This document shows positions 53,676 through 64,000 of a DNA stretch of 64,000 nt, one piece after another (within the stretch, counting starts at the first letter, position 1; every line of letters starts with the position of its first letter). The DNA comes from an uncultured bacterium (lineage in GTDB: Bacteria; Patescibacteriota; Minisyncoccia; Phycocordibacterales; UBA11359), in the NCBI GenBank assembly GCA_903831815.1, contig CAIKZC010000010.1, positions 14,914 through 78,913 on the forward strand. The letters run 5' to 3'. The notes beneath the pieces were generated by a model, which did not search any database, was not told the origin of the DNA, and saw only the letters and a program-made list of their open reading frames with translations. The position numbers were made by a program, and so were the translations under genes.

Positions 53676-55253
53676 TTACAAAAGTTTGACGGCTTCGATG
53701 GTGTCGCCGGTGGCCATTTCGATTTTTGATTCGATTTGAGCCCCGAATTCTTTACCTTCGATAACAGTGTCGGTATTGGCTTTCATTTGTTGAAGGTTAC
53801 GAATTTTACCTGTGCCGATTTGAGCGGCGCGGCGACGAATCGTGACGAGCTCGCCGACCTTAATCGCGCCGCTCACCACTTTCCCGCCCACAACTTGTCG
53901 GTCGCGCTGTTTGCCGAAGATTTTTAGAATATTTGCCGTCCCGCGAATCTCTTCCGTCGGTTTCGGAGCGCGCTCATTGGCAAGTCCAGCCAAATATTCA
54001 GATAATTTATAAATCACGGTAAAGTTTTGCACATTAATACCTGATCTTTCCGCGAGGTTGAGTGCGGCGTTGTCGATACGTACATTAAATCCGAGCACCG
54101 CGGCGCCGGCAGCACCAAGCGCCCCCTTAATGTCAATTTCTGAAATCGGCCCGATACCTTTTTGAATAAGACGGACCTCAACTTCTTCGTGATGAAGTTT
54201 TCCGATCTCATGTTCAATACCTTCGAGACTTCCAACCGTGTCGGCTTTCAAAATTACAGGGATCAAAACTTTTTCCACGGTGGCTTTTTCTTCAGGATTA
54301 TCTTTGGAAATTTTGACCGGACCGTTGTTGGCAACTTTAACCACGACATTTTTCACAGCTGCTGCTTTCACAATCGCCGCTTCAGTCGCATATTTTGCCG
54401 CTTCCTCCTCAGCGAGTTTTTTCGAATCAACAGCATAAAATAAACTCCCAACTTCCGGCAATTTACTCCAACCAATAATTTGCACCGGACTGCCAAACAT
54501 CGCGCTCTCGATTGGTTTACCTAAAAAGTTTTCCATAATTCGCACTGGTGTCCAAGCATCGCCGGCCACAATATATGAACCGCGTTTCAAAACTCCGTCT
54601 TTGATCACAAGTACTGCTGAAATACCTTTTTTGGTATCGAGTTTAGTTTCAATGACAATTCCTTCGGCCGCTTTATTCACATCACCGGTAAATCCACCCA
54701 TTTCTGCCACAAGCAAAATCAAATCTAGTAATTCAGGAATACCTTCTCCTGTTTTCGCAGAAATAGCAACCCAAGAAATATCACCACCATATCCTTCCAA
54801 ATAGACATCAGCTTCGGCCAACTTTTGCTTGGTCATTTCAATATTGGCATTTGGCTTATCAATTTTGTTGATGGCTACGACGAAGGGGAGGCCAGCCGTG
54901 CGAATCGCTTTGATGGCTTCGATCGTCTGAGGCTTCACGCCGTCTTCGGCGGAAACAACGAGCACGGCAATGTCAGCCGCAATCGCGCCACGTGATCGCA
55001 TTTTAGAAAAAGCTTCATGACCGGGCGTATCGAGAAAAGTTATTCTTTTATCCGCACCATCTTTTTTGTGAACAACTTCGTACGCGGAAATATGCTGTGT
55101 GATGCCACCCGCTTCTTTATCAACAATATTTGTTTTGCGAATATAATCTAGGAGAGTCGATTTGCCGTGGTCAATGTGACCCATGATAACCACAACGGGC
55201 GTTCGCTCGCTCTGCTCCTTGGCAGTATTATTTTGTGGTTTTTTTGTAGCCAT
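53676..55253 (-). CDS. infB: Translation initiation factor IF-2 (short form lacking N-terminal domains)
   Basis: G-domain motifs GHIDHGKST, DTPGHEAF, NKID; C-terminal beta-barrel domains; 525 aa. Confidence 0.9.
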   Translation of the reverse strand: MATKKPQNNTAKEQSERTPVVVIMGHIDHGKSTLLDYIRKTNIVDKEAGGITQHISAYEVVHKKDGADKRITFLDTPGHEAFSKMRSRGAIAADIAVLVVSAEDGVKPQTIEAIKAIRTAGLPFVVAINKIDKPNANIEMTKQKLAEADVYLEGYGGDISWVAISAKTGEGIPELLDLILLVAEMGGFTGDVNKAAEGIVIETKLDTKKGISAVLVIKDGVLKRGSYIVAGDAWTPVRIMENFLGKPIESAMFGSPVQIIGWSKLPEVGSLFYAVDSKKLAEEEAAKYATEAAIVKAAAVKNVVVKVANNGPVKISKDNPEEKATVEKVLIPVILKADTVGSLEGIEHEIGKLHHEEVEVRLIQKGIGPISEIDIKGALGAAGAAVLGFNVRIDNAALNLAERSGINVQNFTVIYKLSEYLAGLANERAPKPTEEIRGTANILKIFGKQRDRQVVGGKVVSGAIKVGELVTIRRRAAQIGTGKIRNLQQMKANTDTVIEGKEFGAQIESKIEMATGDTIEAVKLL

Positions 55254-55316
55254 TTTGTTTTCATGAACGTCGCACTATTTTGCATTTTGCGCATTTTTTT
55301 CGCTTCTATTTTCATT

Positions 55317-55859
55317 TTATGCATCTCGTGTTTCTTGCGCTTTTTTCACCGCCATTTTTTCTTCTTCGGAAAGTCCGTGCTCAGAATTATGATCTTTTAA
55401 TGGTTTCGAAAAAACACTAGTTCGCTCTCGGCCATACAGACTTGAAAAAACAACGCCATCGCCATGCTGATTCATAATCGCAGTTGCGAAACTTTGATTG
55501 GCACCGACACCTTCAAAAGCATTAAAACGAACGGTCTCAACAGCTTGCACGCTTTTCTGTAAACGTTTCTCGACGTCGGTCAAATACTTTTCCATTTCAC
55601 TCATAAACTTCTCGGCTTCTTTTTGATTATTTTTGAGATGAGTGATGGATTCCTCAAGATTACCAGACGCACCGGCTGTCAATTTACGAAACTTCATTTC
55701 CAAACGAATTATCCAAATGACCAATAAAATTACAATCAAACTTGCCAATATCGCCATTCTAAGCGGATCTTGAAGATAATTAGCAATTGAATTGATGAAT
55801 GAGTACATATGGATATTTAAGCCAAGAAATATCCTGTGATTATACATATAAAACGACAT
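55317..55859 (-). CDS. Hypothetical membrane protein with coiled-coil region
   Basis: TM MAILASLIVILLVIWIIRL, then helical charged segment. Confidence 0.35.
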   Translation of the reverse strand: MSFYMYNHRIFLGLNIHMYSFINSIANYLQDPLRMAILASLIVILLVIWIIRLEMKFRKLTAGASGNLEESITHLKNNQKEAEKFMSEMEKYLTDVEKRLQKSVQAVETVRFNAFEGVGANQSFATAIMNQHGDGVVFSSLYGRERTSVFSKPLKDHNSEHGLSEEEKMAVKKAQETRDA

Positions 55860-55895
55860 TTTGCAAAATTCAGTTATACACTATAATATGACGAT

Positions 55896-57206
55896 ATGGA
55901 TATATTTAAATATTTTGGAAAGAAGCCGGTAATTATTGACTCAAAGCTTTTGGAAAAAGAGCGAAAAGAGAGGGAAGATAAGGAAGCGGACGAGGAAAAA
56001 AATAAACAAACCGCAAGAGAGACATCAAAAAATCGTCTTTATTTTGACCACGCTTCTATCACGCCAATCGATCCGAAAGTCGAACAAACCATGCGCGAAT
56101 TGTCCGCTCGTTTTCATAATCCTTCTTCACTCTATGCCGAAGCTGTTGCCAACAAATCCCTGATCACCGAAGCTCGTAAAACCATTGCTTCGTTTTTCAA
56201 TGTGCAAAGCGATGAAATTATTTTTACGGCGACCGGCACTGAAGCTAACAATTTGGCGATTCTCGGAGTCTTCAACGCATATCGTGGTAAAAAAACTCCG
56301 CACTTTGTGGTTTCCGCGATTGAACATCCTTCAATTTTGGAAGCTTGTGCTGAAGTTGAACGTCTTGGTGGGCAAGTCTCGTATGTTTTGCCGGAAAAGA
56401 ACGGCATGATCGATCCTAAAAAAGTTCGAGCCGCTTTGAAAACTTCAACCGTGTTGGTGTCGGTGATGTACGCCAACAATGAGATTGGTACGATTCAACC
56501 TGTCAGTGCAATCGGTCGTGCGGTCAAAGAATATCGCGCGTCTCGAGCAGAACAACATAAAACAAATAGTGACGAAATAGAATATCCGTTTTTCCATACT
56601 GATGCGAGCCAAGCGCCAAACTATATGCCGATTCATATGGGACAACTTTCGGCTGACATGGTGACGCTTGATGGCGGTAAAGTTTATGGTCCGCGCGGCG
56701 TCGGCCTGCTGGCCGTACGCCGCGCTGTCCCACTCCACCCAATCATCTTTGGCGGTGGTCAGGAAAAAGGTTTGCGGTCTGGCACCGAAAATGTGGCGGC
56801 CATTGTTGGTTTCGCTCAAGCGCTAGATATCACCGAAAAAATGCGCGAAGCGGAAGGGGAGAGGCTCATTGAACTTCGCGAATATGCGGAGGAGGAAATA
56901 AAAAATAAATTTCCCGAAGCAATTATTCACGGCGACGGCGCTCCGCGCTTGCCAAACATTTTTAATATTTGTTTTCCAGGACTCGATTCCGAATTCGCGG
57001 TTATAAAACTTGATCACGAAGGTATTTTAGCCAGCTCCGCCAGCGCCTGCCAAAACAACGCCGAAGAAAATTACTCCCCAACTGTCGCCGCACTCCCCGA
57101 CATCGGTGACACCTGCAAACGTTCCTCCCTCCGCTTCTCCATGGGTCGCACCACCACCAAAAAAGATGTTGACGTGCTTTTAAGCTCACTCGGTAAATTA
57201 TTCTAG
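55896..57206 (+). CDS. Cysteine desulfurase family aminotransferase (class V), with Lys/Glu-rich N-terminal extension
   Basis: NifS/IscS-like pattern: ANNEIGTIQPV, HTDASQAPNYMPI with PLP-lysine region, C-terminal active-site Cys region (SASACQN). Confidence 0.65.
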   Translation: MDIFKYFGKKPVIIDSKLLEKERKEREDKEADEEKNKQTARETSKNRLYFDHASITPIDPKVEQTMRELSARFHNPSSLYAEAVANKSLITEARKTIASFFNVQSDEIIFTATGTEANNLAILGVFNAYRGKKTPHFVVSAIEHPSILEACAEVERLGGQVSYVLPEKNGMIDPKKVRAALKTSTVLVSVMYANNEIGTIQPVSAIGRAVKEYRASRAEQHKTNSDEIEYPFFHTDASQAPNYMPIHMGQLSADMVTLDGGKVYGPRGVGLLAVRRAVPLHPIIFGGGQEKGLRSGTENVAAIVGFAQALDITEKMREAEGERLIELREYAEEEIKNKFPEAIIHGDGAPRLPNIFNICFPGLDSEFAVIKLDHEGILASSASACQNNAEENYSPTVAALPDIGDTCKRSSLRFSMGRTTTKKDVDVLLSSLGKLF

Positions 57207-57308
57207 TTTTATTTTTTTGACTTTTTCTATAAACATGGTATCTTTTTGGTTAGAAATGAACAACGTGTTCTAGTGTCTGCTTTGATCTTTGGCAAGAGGA
57301 GAATTATC

Positions 57309-58040
57309 ATGGCTACAACAGCCATTCTAGAGCGTCGAGGGATTTCAGTTGTTTCGGTTGATTCGGAAGACAGTATTCTGGTTGAAGCTCGGAAAGAGCT
57401 TTTCCAAGAGGCTGAACGGGTGCTCGGCTATAGGCCGCAATCTGGTATTCAGGCCGCAGAAATCGGTTGGCGAACGACCAACACGGTGGCGGTGGCTTTT
57501 GGGGATGACATCAAACCCTTTACCACCAAATCGGTGGATACCTACAAACGCCGGATTACGAAATGGAATTGGTTGGCTCACACAATCAGTGGCCTGCCAG
57601 ACGATGATGGTAACCGCTTGATGAAATTGCTTGTGATGTTGGGGTCATTATCCTTTATCGTCTCCCTTTTCGGTTTTGTGATGATCTGGTCAGGTGATGC
57701 CAGCAGAATTTCCAGGGGTTGGAGAGTCGCAGGAATCTCTGGTCTGTCCATGTCCGCCTGTATTGTACTTTTGTTTGGTATGTTAGTGCTGGCTGACAAG
57801 GTAAAAGTTCTTTCGTGGCACCTTGTCGACCTTAATGGATTTCAGGACGAAGTTCCGGACTTTGTCCTGCAAACGGCGATAACCATTAAGAAGCGACTGC
57901 CGGAAGCTACGTTTTTCGTGGATGTATGCCAGAAGGAGAAGCTCAACGTTGATCCCTTCTTGGTTATGCAGTTTCGTGGTGAGAGCTACTACCTCGAGGT
58001 TTGGAACGAGCCGAAATTCGAAAAGGGCTCCTCGACTTAA
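57309..58040 (+). CDS. Hypothetical membrane protein (two TM helices), GC-rich
   Basis: AGAGGAG SD then ATG (MATTAILERRG); TM helices LMKLLVMLGSLSFIVSLFGFVMIW and ISGLSMSACIVLLFGMLVLA. Confidence 0.4.
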   Translation: MATTAILERRGISVVSVDSEDSILVEARKELFQEAERVLGYRPQSGIQAAEIGWRTTNTVAVAFGDDIKPFTTKSVDTYKRRITKWNWLAHTISGLPDDDGNRLMKLLVMLGSLSFIVSLFGFVMIWSGDASRISRGWRVAGISGLSMSACIVLLFGMLVLADKVKVLSWHLVDLNGFQDEVPDFVLQTAITIKKRLPEATFFVDVCQKEKLNVDPFLVMQFRGESYYLEVWNEPKFEKGSST

Positions 58041-58159
58041 CCTCGCGACATCGAATCAGTTTTCGCAGAACATCAGCCGCCACAATCCTGTGGCGGCTTT
58101 TCATTTTTTTTGAATTGTCATTTTAGAATTCTGAAAACGGCATTTATAGTGCAACCTTA

Positions 58160-58269
58160 AGCTTCCGGGAGTGCTATCTGAGGGGACTCTCGGACGCCGA
58201 CGGGCGGAGAGTGAACGAAATTTCCAGCAGGAAATTTACGCGGGCCCCGAAGATAGCACTCGCGGAAGC
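58160..58269. repeat. GC-rich structured palindromic repeat, copy c
   Basis: 19-bp outer stem GCTTCCGGGAGTGCTATCT/AGATAGCACTCGCGGAAGC (1 mismatch) enclosing core GAGGGGACTCTCGGACGCCGACGGGCGGAGAGTGAACGAAATTTCCAGCAGGAAATTTACGCGGGCCCC. Confidence 0.7.
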
Positions 58270-58369
58270 GTAAATTTGACTCCCACTTTTTAATTTTGCA
58301 TAATTGGGGTATCCGAACGACTTATTTCTGAATTCCTCTATTAACGCCTTAATTTAAGCCATTTTAACT

Positions 58370-61102
58370 ATGTTACCATTCAATCATTTCACAACTAAAG
58401 CCAAAGAAGCTATTCGCCGAGCGCACGAACTCGCCATTGAACGTGGCCAAAATCACGTCAATCCGATGCACTTGCTGGCCGCTCTCATTTTGCAGGAGGA
58501 AAGCATGGTCACTTCCATTTTGGAAAAATTGGAAATCGACACCATGTTGTTGACCGATTCGATTCTAGAAACTATTGAAGGAGCCGAAGGTGGTTCATCA
58601 ACTTTGTCGCCTTCATATCAAATTTATTTGACTCCGGAATTGAGTCAGGCAATTGAGTCGTCGGCCAAAATTGCCGAATCACTCAAAGATGAATTTGTTT
58701 CGACTGAACACTTGTTTATTTCCGTACTAGAAGTGCCGGGTGCTGCGCGAGAAATGCTGACAAAATTTAAGATTGATAAAAATGCGGTGCTCAAAGTGTT
58801 GGAAGAAATTCGAACGACCAAAACGGCCGATGTTAAAGAGTCTAAGAAATTTAAATCGCTTTTGAAATACACTCGAAACCTGACGACGCTTGCTCGCGAA
58901 AATAAACTTGATCCTGTCATCGGCCGTGACGCGGAAATTTCGCGCATCATTCAAATTCTTTCTCGTCGCACCAAAAATAATCCGATTTTGATTGGTGAAG
59001 CCGGGGTTGGTAAGACGGCAATCGTTGAAGGTCTGGCAATTCGTATGTCGGTTGGCGATATTCCTGAATCTCTCAAAGACAAGGAACTTGTTTCTCTTGA
59101 TCTTGGTTTGCTTATTGCTGGCACAAAATATCGTGGCGAGTTTGAAGAGCGTTTGAAGAATATTATGAAAGAGATCGAGCGTGCTGACGGCAAGATCGTT
59201 CTCTTTATTGATGAGATCCACACGATTGTCGGAGCTGGCGCAGCCGAAGGTGCGATGGATGCTTCCAACATGTTGAAACCTGCTCTGGCTCGCGGAGAAC
59301 TTCGAGCGATTGGTGCGACGACGACCAAGGAATATCAAAAACATATTGAAAAAGATCCAGCGTTGACTCGTCGTTTCCAGCCGGTCTATGTCAACGAGCC
59401 TAGTATTGACGATGCGATCGCAATCATGCGCGGACTCAAAGAAAAATATGAGTTGTATCACGGCGTGCACATTACTGATGATGCAATTGTCGCTGCGGTA
59501 AATCTTTCTAGTCGATATATTTCTGATCGATTTTTGCCTGACAAAGCAGTGGACTTGGTTGATGAAGCTGCTTCAGCTCTCCGTATTTCGTTGGAAAACA
59601 AACCACCGATTCTTGAGGAAACAGATCGAAAAATTGTGCGTTTGGAAATCGAGCGTGAAGCTCTAAAAAAAGATGCCGTTCATTCAAAAGTAGCTAAGGC
59701 TCGCACCAAAGTTATCGAAGCTGAAATTGCTAACTTACGAGAGAAAACCAGCGAGCTTGAACTTAAATGGAAAAATGAAAAAGATACTTTGACTGGCATC
59801 AAATCGATTAAAAAAGAATTAGAACAGTTGCGAAATGAAGCGGAAGGTGCAGAAGCTCGCGCCGACCTTTCTCGCGCAGCTGAAATTCGTTACGGAAAAA
59901 TTCCTGAACTTCAAAAAGATTTGGAAACCAAGACCAAACGTCTGAAACGTTTGCAAAGTACTCGCCGGATTCTCAAGGAAGAGGTGACTGAAAATGATAT
60001 TGCGCAGGTCGTGGCAAAGTGGACCAGTATTCCGGTCACTCGCATGCTTGAAGAGGAAGCTCAAAAACTGACTCGCATGGAAGACGACCTCAAAAAGAAA
60101 ATTGTCGGCCAAGACGAAGCTGTTAAAAAGATTTCCGACACCATCAAACGTTCTCGTGCCGGTATTGCCGATCCAAATCGTCCAATTGGTTCGTTTATTT
60201 TCCTTGGACCTACAGGAGTTGGTAAAACGGAACTGACCAAAAAACTAGCCGAGTTCATGTTCGACGACGAGAAAGCTTTGATCCGCGTTGATATGTCCGA
60301 ATTCATGGAACGACATTCAGTTTCAAAATTGATTGGTGCGCCTCCAGGCTATGTCGGATATGAAGAAGGCGGTAACTTGACCGAAATGGTGCGTCATCGA
60401 CCGTATGCCGTGATTCTTTTCGACGAGATCGAAAAAGCCCACCCGGAAGTTTTCAACGTGCTTCTACAGGTGCTTGATAACGGACGATTGACGGATGCTA
60501 AGGGGCGATTGGTGAACTTCAAAAACACTATCATTATAATGACATCAAACGTTGGTGCTCAGCATATTCAGAAAATGGAAAAAATTGGTTTCGGCGGTGT
60601 TGAGACCGACATCCAGAAATATCAAAGTGTTAAAGAAAAACTTAGTTCATCGCTCAAAGATTATTTCCGTCCGGAATTCTTGAACCGTATTGATGACATT
60701 ATTATCTTTGATATCTTGAACGAGAAAGCTATTGAAGAAATTGTGAAAATTCAAGTTGATATTGTTAAGGAGCGATTGTCGGTCAAAGATATCAAACTCG
60801 ATATTACTCCCGATGTTTACAAATATCTGGCCAAGGAAGGTTACAATCCGGAATACGGTGCACGACCTTTGAAACGTTTGATTCAGACCAAGATTCTAAA
60901 TCCTGTCGCTAACCTCATTATCTCACAAGGTGTAATGAAGGGCGGAGAGATTATGGTGGGAATTAAATCAGTTGATGCAAAATCGACAGAAGTGCAGAGT
61001 GTGCAAACGGGTGTACAACCAGTCGAATTTACTTTTGAGGTCAAGAAAGGGAAAAGGGGATCGATTGTCACATCGGCGATTGAGCAAGCGATGAGTAAGT
61101 AA
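58370..61102 (+). CDS. clpB: ATP-dependent chaperone ClpB (AAA+ disaggregase)
   Basis: Clp N-domain, two AAA+ modules ([13 protein letters not shown]; [15 protein letters not shown]), long middle coiled-coil domain between them. Confidence 0.85.
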   Translation: MLPFNHFTTKAKEAIRRAHELAIERGQNHVNPMHLLAALILQEESMVTSILEKLEIDTMLLTDSILETIEGAEGGSSTLSPSYQIYLTPELSQAIESSAKIAESLKDEFVSTEHLFISVLEVPGAAREMLTKFKIDKNAVLKVLEEIRTTKTADVKESKKFKSLLKYTRNLTTLARENKLDPVIGRDAEISRIIQILSRRTKNNPILIGEAGVGKTAIVEGLAIRMSVGDIPESLKDKELVSLDLGLLIAGTKYRGEFEERLKNIMKEIERADGKIVLFIDEIHTIVGAGAAEGAMDASNMLKPALARGELRAIGATTTKEYQKHIEKDPALTRRFQPVYVNEPSIDDAIAIMRGLKEKYELYHGVHITDDAIVAAVNLSSRYISDRFLPDKAVDLVDEAASALRISLENKPPILEETDRKIVRLEIEREALKKDAVHSKVAKARTKVIEAEIANLREKTSELELKWKNEKDTLTGIKSIKKELEQLRNEAEGAEARADLSRAAEIRYGKIPELQKDLETKTKRLKRLQSTRRILKEEVTENDIAQVVAKWTSIPVTRMLEEEAQKLTRMEDDLKKKIVGQDEAVKKISDTIKRSRAGIADPNRPIGSFIFLGPTGVGKTELTKKLAEFMFDDEKALIRVDMSEFMERHSVSKLIGAPPGYVGYEEGGNLTEMVRHRPYAVILFDEIEKAHPEVFNVLLQVLDNGRLTDAKGRLVNFKNTIIIMTSNVGAQHIQKMEKIGFGGVETDIQKYQSVKEKLSSSLKDYFRPEFLNRIDDIIIFDILNEKAIEEIVKIQVDIVKERLSVKDIKLDITPDVYKYLAKEGYNPEYGARPLKRLIQTKILNPVANLIISQGVMKGGEIMVGIKSVDAKSTEVQSVQTGVQPVEFTFEVKKGKRGSIVTSAIEQAMSK

Positions 61103-61224
61103 GACAAAACAAAACACACTTTAAAAAAGCTGCATCTTTCCTCTTGTCTAAAAGGGCTATTTTTCTAATGTATACATGCTAAAATAATATAGGTAATATT
61201 AATGCAGGCTAATAACCAATTAAA

Positions 61225-64000
61225 ATGAAAAATATTTTAAACGAAATCGCAGATGGGTATTTATTCAACAAATATTTTCATATTAAAAAACTGGTCTCAA
61301 TTATTTTGATCATTATTCTCGCGATTCCTTTTGGATTTTGGCCAACAAAACAAGCGGAGGCTGCAGATCAAACTATCACTCTAACTTCCCAAAATGACTT
61401 TAAAGCCGGAACAATCGAAGATGGTTTGGATGCGGATCAGTCAGCCGGAGATTTAAGATTGAAATATAAAACTATTACCTCTACCGATACCACGGACAGT
61501 GATTTTTATTTGGGCAAGACTTTAACTGACGGTTTTTTTATGAGTAACGTTTCATCAGCCGATGGTGGAAAAGTGACAATTAATCAAGGGTATACCTATC
61601 AGAGTAATTCTTCTCCCGCTCTTAGTAATTATCCGTATGCCTCCTTTTTAGACGCCTCCTCCAGTCTTTTGTATGTTAGCACTTGGGGTGGAGGCCTATC
61701 CGTCATTGATACTAAAGGCACAGTCAGTCCGTCTGACGACACTCTGCTGAAATCATATACTACGGCTACCACCCCGGCTATTGCTAATAATAAGGTCATG
61801 TATACTATTTTAGATGCTTCCTCCAGTCTTTTGTATGTTAGCACTAATGGCGGTTTATCTGTCATCGATACTAAAGGCACAAAAGATCCGGCAGACGACA
61901 CTTTGGTCATAACATATACTACAACCTCCACTCCAGCTATTAATGACAACATTGTGAATCATTCCTTTTTGGACGCTTCCTCTAGTCTTTTATACGTTAG
62001 CACCGGTGAAGGTGGAGTATCCGTCATTGATACTAAAGGCACAAAAGATCCGACTGACGACACTTTAGTTAGAACATATACTACAACTAGCACCCCGGCT
62101 ATTGGTAGTGGCAATGTGTATCATTCCTTTTTAGACGCCTCCTCCAGTTATTTGTATATCAGTGTTTATGGTAGCGGTCTATCCGTCATTGATACTAAAG
62201 GCACAAAAGATCCGTTAGACGACACTTTAGTTAAAACATATACTAAAGCTAGCAGCCCGGCTATTGGAAGTAATAATGTCGAGCATTCCTTTTTAGACGC
62301 CTCCTCCAGTCTTTTGTATGTTAGCACTTGGGGTGGCGGTCTATCCGTCATTGATACTAAAGGTACAAAAAGTGCGGCTGACGACACTTTGGTTAGATCG
62401 TATACCACAACTAGTACTCCAGGTATTAGTGACGATAATACTTATTCTACTTATTTGGACGCTACCTCCAGTCTTTTGTATGTTAGCAATTATGGCGGTT
62501 TATCGGTTGTTAGCTTAAATAATCTTTACAACACCCGAGGTGTATATAACAAAACTGTATCAGACGATAAAACTAATTTTTGGCAAACTAAAACCGAAAT
62601 GCCATCAGCAGTACTGGCTGCTGGAAGTGCGGTAATTGGCGACACAATATATGTTATCGGAGGAATGGATAGTGATAGCAGTCCGGTTAATACCGTGTAT
62701 GCTTATGATACTAAAACTAATACTTGGACAACCAAAGCACCACTTCCGGCAGAACGATCCAATGTTTTAGTCGGAGTAATAGGTGGTAAATTGTATGTAG
62801 CTGGTGGAAAGAATTCTGATGGAGATGCCACCAAAACTGTATATGAATATAATCCCACTTCCAATGCGTGGGCGACTAAAACCTCTATGTCACAAGATAG
62901 GATTGGTCCTGTAGGCGGAGTCTATAATGGCAAGCTGTACGTAGGAGGCGGGATGAATAGTTCGTGCGGGGTAAGTGCGTCAAGTATTGAGGAGTATAAT
63001 CCTGATCTAAATACTTGGACTACAAAAACTCCGGCACCGAGCAAAAAACTCGGCAGTGCAACCGCCCAATTTATTAACGGAAAGTTATATGTCGCGGGTG
63101 GGCAGAGTTGTAGTCCATTATCTGACTCATTACTAATATATGATGTGGCGACCGATTCATGGACTACGGGTGCTCCTCTTCCGTTTCATAGAGTTGGGGG
63201 AACATCCGCCGTGCACGATGGCAAGCTATTGTATATTGGTGGATCGGATGGTGTTAATGTTCATTCAGATATGTATATTTATGACCCCGTAACGGATATT
63301 TGGAATTTTTTTAACAATCTTCCGCAAGCTAGGCACAGAGCAATAGCTGAAATTGTTAACGGTGATCTGTATGTGATTGGGGGAGCATTAGATGTTTATG
63401 GCGAAATAACAAATATCACCTACAAACTCCCTTCGACCTATCTCTCCGACACATATCAAAAAAATGCATACAGTCAATTATCTTGGGCGGCCACTACTCC
63501 TTCCGGCACGTCAGTGGAGTTACTCTACTCTTTTGATGACGGAAAAACCTACACCAGTCTTGGCACTACTCCGGGCGACTTCTATCTCCCACCAAACAGA
63601 AGTTACGACTTAACCTACAAAGCTATCCTTTCAACTGACAACACTTCAGTTACTCCAAGTCTGGATAGTGTAACTGTCAAATATGCGCAAGGTGAAAACG
63701 GTCTCTACGCCACATCTTCCGCTGCTTTCACATCCGCTATTGTAGATTTCGGATCGGGACGAGATACTGGAAGATTTATCGCCGACGCCACAACAACAGC
63801 CAGCACTTCCATCGCATATTCCTTCCGTTCCGGATCTACCGCGACACCGGATGGAACATGGACAGGTTGGCAAGTGATCACAGATACATTGCCTGCATAC
63901 TCTCGATACGGTCAGGTCAAAGCTACCCTCAGCACCACCGACCTATCACTCACCCCCACACTTTCCACTCTCACATTTACAACCGACGAGACTGTACCAG
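61225..64000 (+). CDS. Very large secreted/surface protein, 3'-truncated at window end: signal anchor, six tandem ~53-aa repeats, six Kelch-type beta-propeller blades, further S/T-rich domain
   Basis: Hand translation shows an open frame from ATG 61225 to the window end (no stop; absent from the ORF track for that reason); MKNILNEIADGY...IILIIILAIPFGFWPTKQAEA signal; repeats LDASSSLLYVSTWGGGLSVIDTKGTKDP.DDTLV.TYTTTSTPAI; Kelch blades (IYVIGG...W...PLP, KLYVAGG...). Confidence 0.6.
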   Translation, partial: MKNILNEIADGYLFNKYFHIKKLVSIILIIILAIPFGFWPTKQAEAADQTITLTSQNDFKAGTIEDGLDADQSAGDLRLKYKTITSTDTTDSDFYLGKTLTDGFFMSNVSSADGGKVTINQGYTYQSNSSPALSNYPYASFLDASSSLLYVSTWGGGLSVIDTKGTVSPSDDTLLKSYTTATTPAIANNKVMYTILDASSSLLYVSTNGGLSVIDTKGTKDPADDTLVITYTTTSTPAINDNIVNHSFLDASSSLLYVSTGEGGVSVIDTKGTKDPTDDTLVRTYTTTSTPAIGSGNVYHSFLDASSSYLYISVYGSGLSVIDTKGTKDPLDDTLVKTYTKASSPAIGSNNVEHSFLDASSSLLYVSTWGGGLSVIDTKGTKSAADDTLVRSYTTTSTPGISDDNTYSTYLDATSSLLYVSNYGGLSVVSLNNLYNTRGVYNKTVSDDKTNFWQTKTEMPSAVLAAGSAVIGDTIYVIGGMDSDSSPVNTVYAYDTKTNTWTTKAPLPAERSNVLVGVIGGKLYVAGGKNSDGDATKTVYEYNPTSNAWATKTSMSQDRIGPVGGVYNGKLYVGGGMNSSCGVSASSIEEYNPDLNTWTTKTPAPSKKLGSATAQFINGKLYVAGGQSCSPLSDSLLIYDVATDSWTTGAPLPFHRVGGTSAVHDGKLLYIGGSDGVNVHSDMYIYDPVTDIWNFFNNLPQARHRAIAEIVNGDLYVIGGALDVYGEITNITYKLPSTYLSDTYQKNAYSQLSWAATTPSGTSVELLYSFDDGKTYTSLGTTPGDFYLPPNRSYDLTYKAILSTDNTSVTPSLDSVTVKYAQGENGLYATSSAAFTSAIVDFGSGRDTGRFIADATTTASTSIAYSFRSGSTATPDGTWTGWQVITDTLPAYSRYGQVKATLSTTDLSLTPTLSTLTFTTDETVP
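61640..62520 (+). repeat. Six tandem ~159-165-bp coding repeats inside the large surface-protein gene
   Basis: Recurrent ttagacgcctcctccagtcttttgtatgttagcac...gtcattgatactaaaggcacaaaagatcc units; they explain the spurious antisense ORFs 61629..61952 and 62166..62408. Confidence 0.75.

Noticed and set aside
61629-62408. Minus-strand ORFs 61629..61952 and 62166..62408 with internally repeated peptide (VPLVSMTDRPP...)
   Set aside because: They are antisense to the tandem coding repeats of the large plus-strand surface-protein gene; the repeat periodicity generates long spurious frames. A CRISPR array was also considered and rejected: units are ~160 bp, protein-coding, and lack spacers.

Overview
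Low-GC (about 38-40%), gene-dense bacterial fragment with hallmarks of a reduced-genome, Candidate-Phyla-Radiation/Patescibacteria-like organism (inference): shortened housekeeping proteins (734-aa ValRS, 525-aa IF-2), several tRNAs without encoded CCA, and arrays of TrbC/VirB2-like small membrane proteins. Core genes present: valS, tsaD, a small malic enzyme, trxB, ftsZ, ftsA, ybeY, rpsU, hisS-like, lepB, pth, rpsA, gyrA, rbfA, infB, a cysteine desulfurase, clpB, plus 11 tRNA genes in three clusters. From about 9.0 to 28.1 kb, directly abutting tRNA-Glu, lies an accessory/mobile region. It carries three paralogous large serine recombinases, one of them inside a compact IS-like unit with ~135-bp near-perfect terminal inverted repeats. 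It also carries a two-tyrosine HUH rolling-circle Rep with an adjacent GC hairpin, an iteron-like heptamer array next to a P-loop replication-type NTPase, two XRE regulators, a PEP-CTERM protein with anomalous GC, a trio of zinc-ribbon membrane proteins (one fused to a type IV pilin-like helix), NYN and NUDIX genes, and methyltransferases. Elsewhere: a family of three ~110-nt GC-rich structured palindromic repeats with compensatory base changes (31.1, 38.6, 58.2 kb); a candidate ~320-nt promoter-to-terminator ncRNA or leader upstream of rpsA; a second NYN gene broken by one in-frame TAG; a tandem array of five TrbC/VirB2-like genes; a GC-rich island (49.4-52.2 kb) next to a four-tRNA cluster; and a very large 3'-truncated surface protein with six tandem repeats plus Kelch blades. 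No CRISPR array or rRNA was found.
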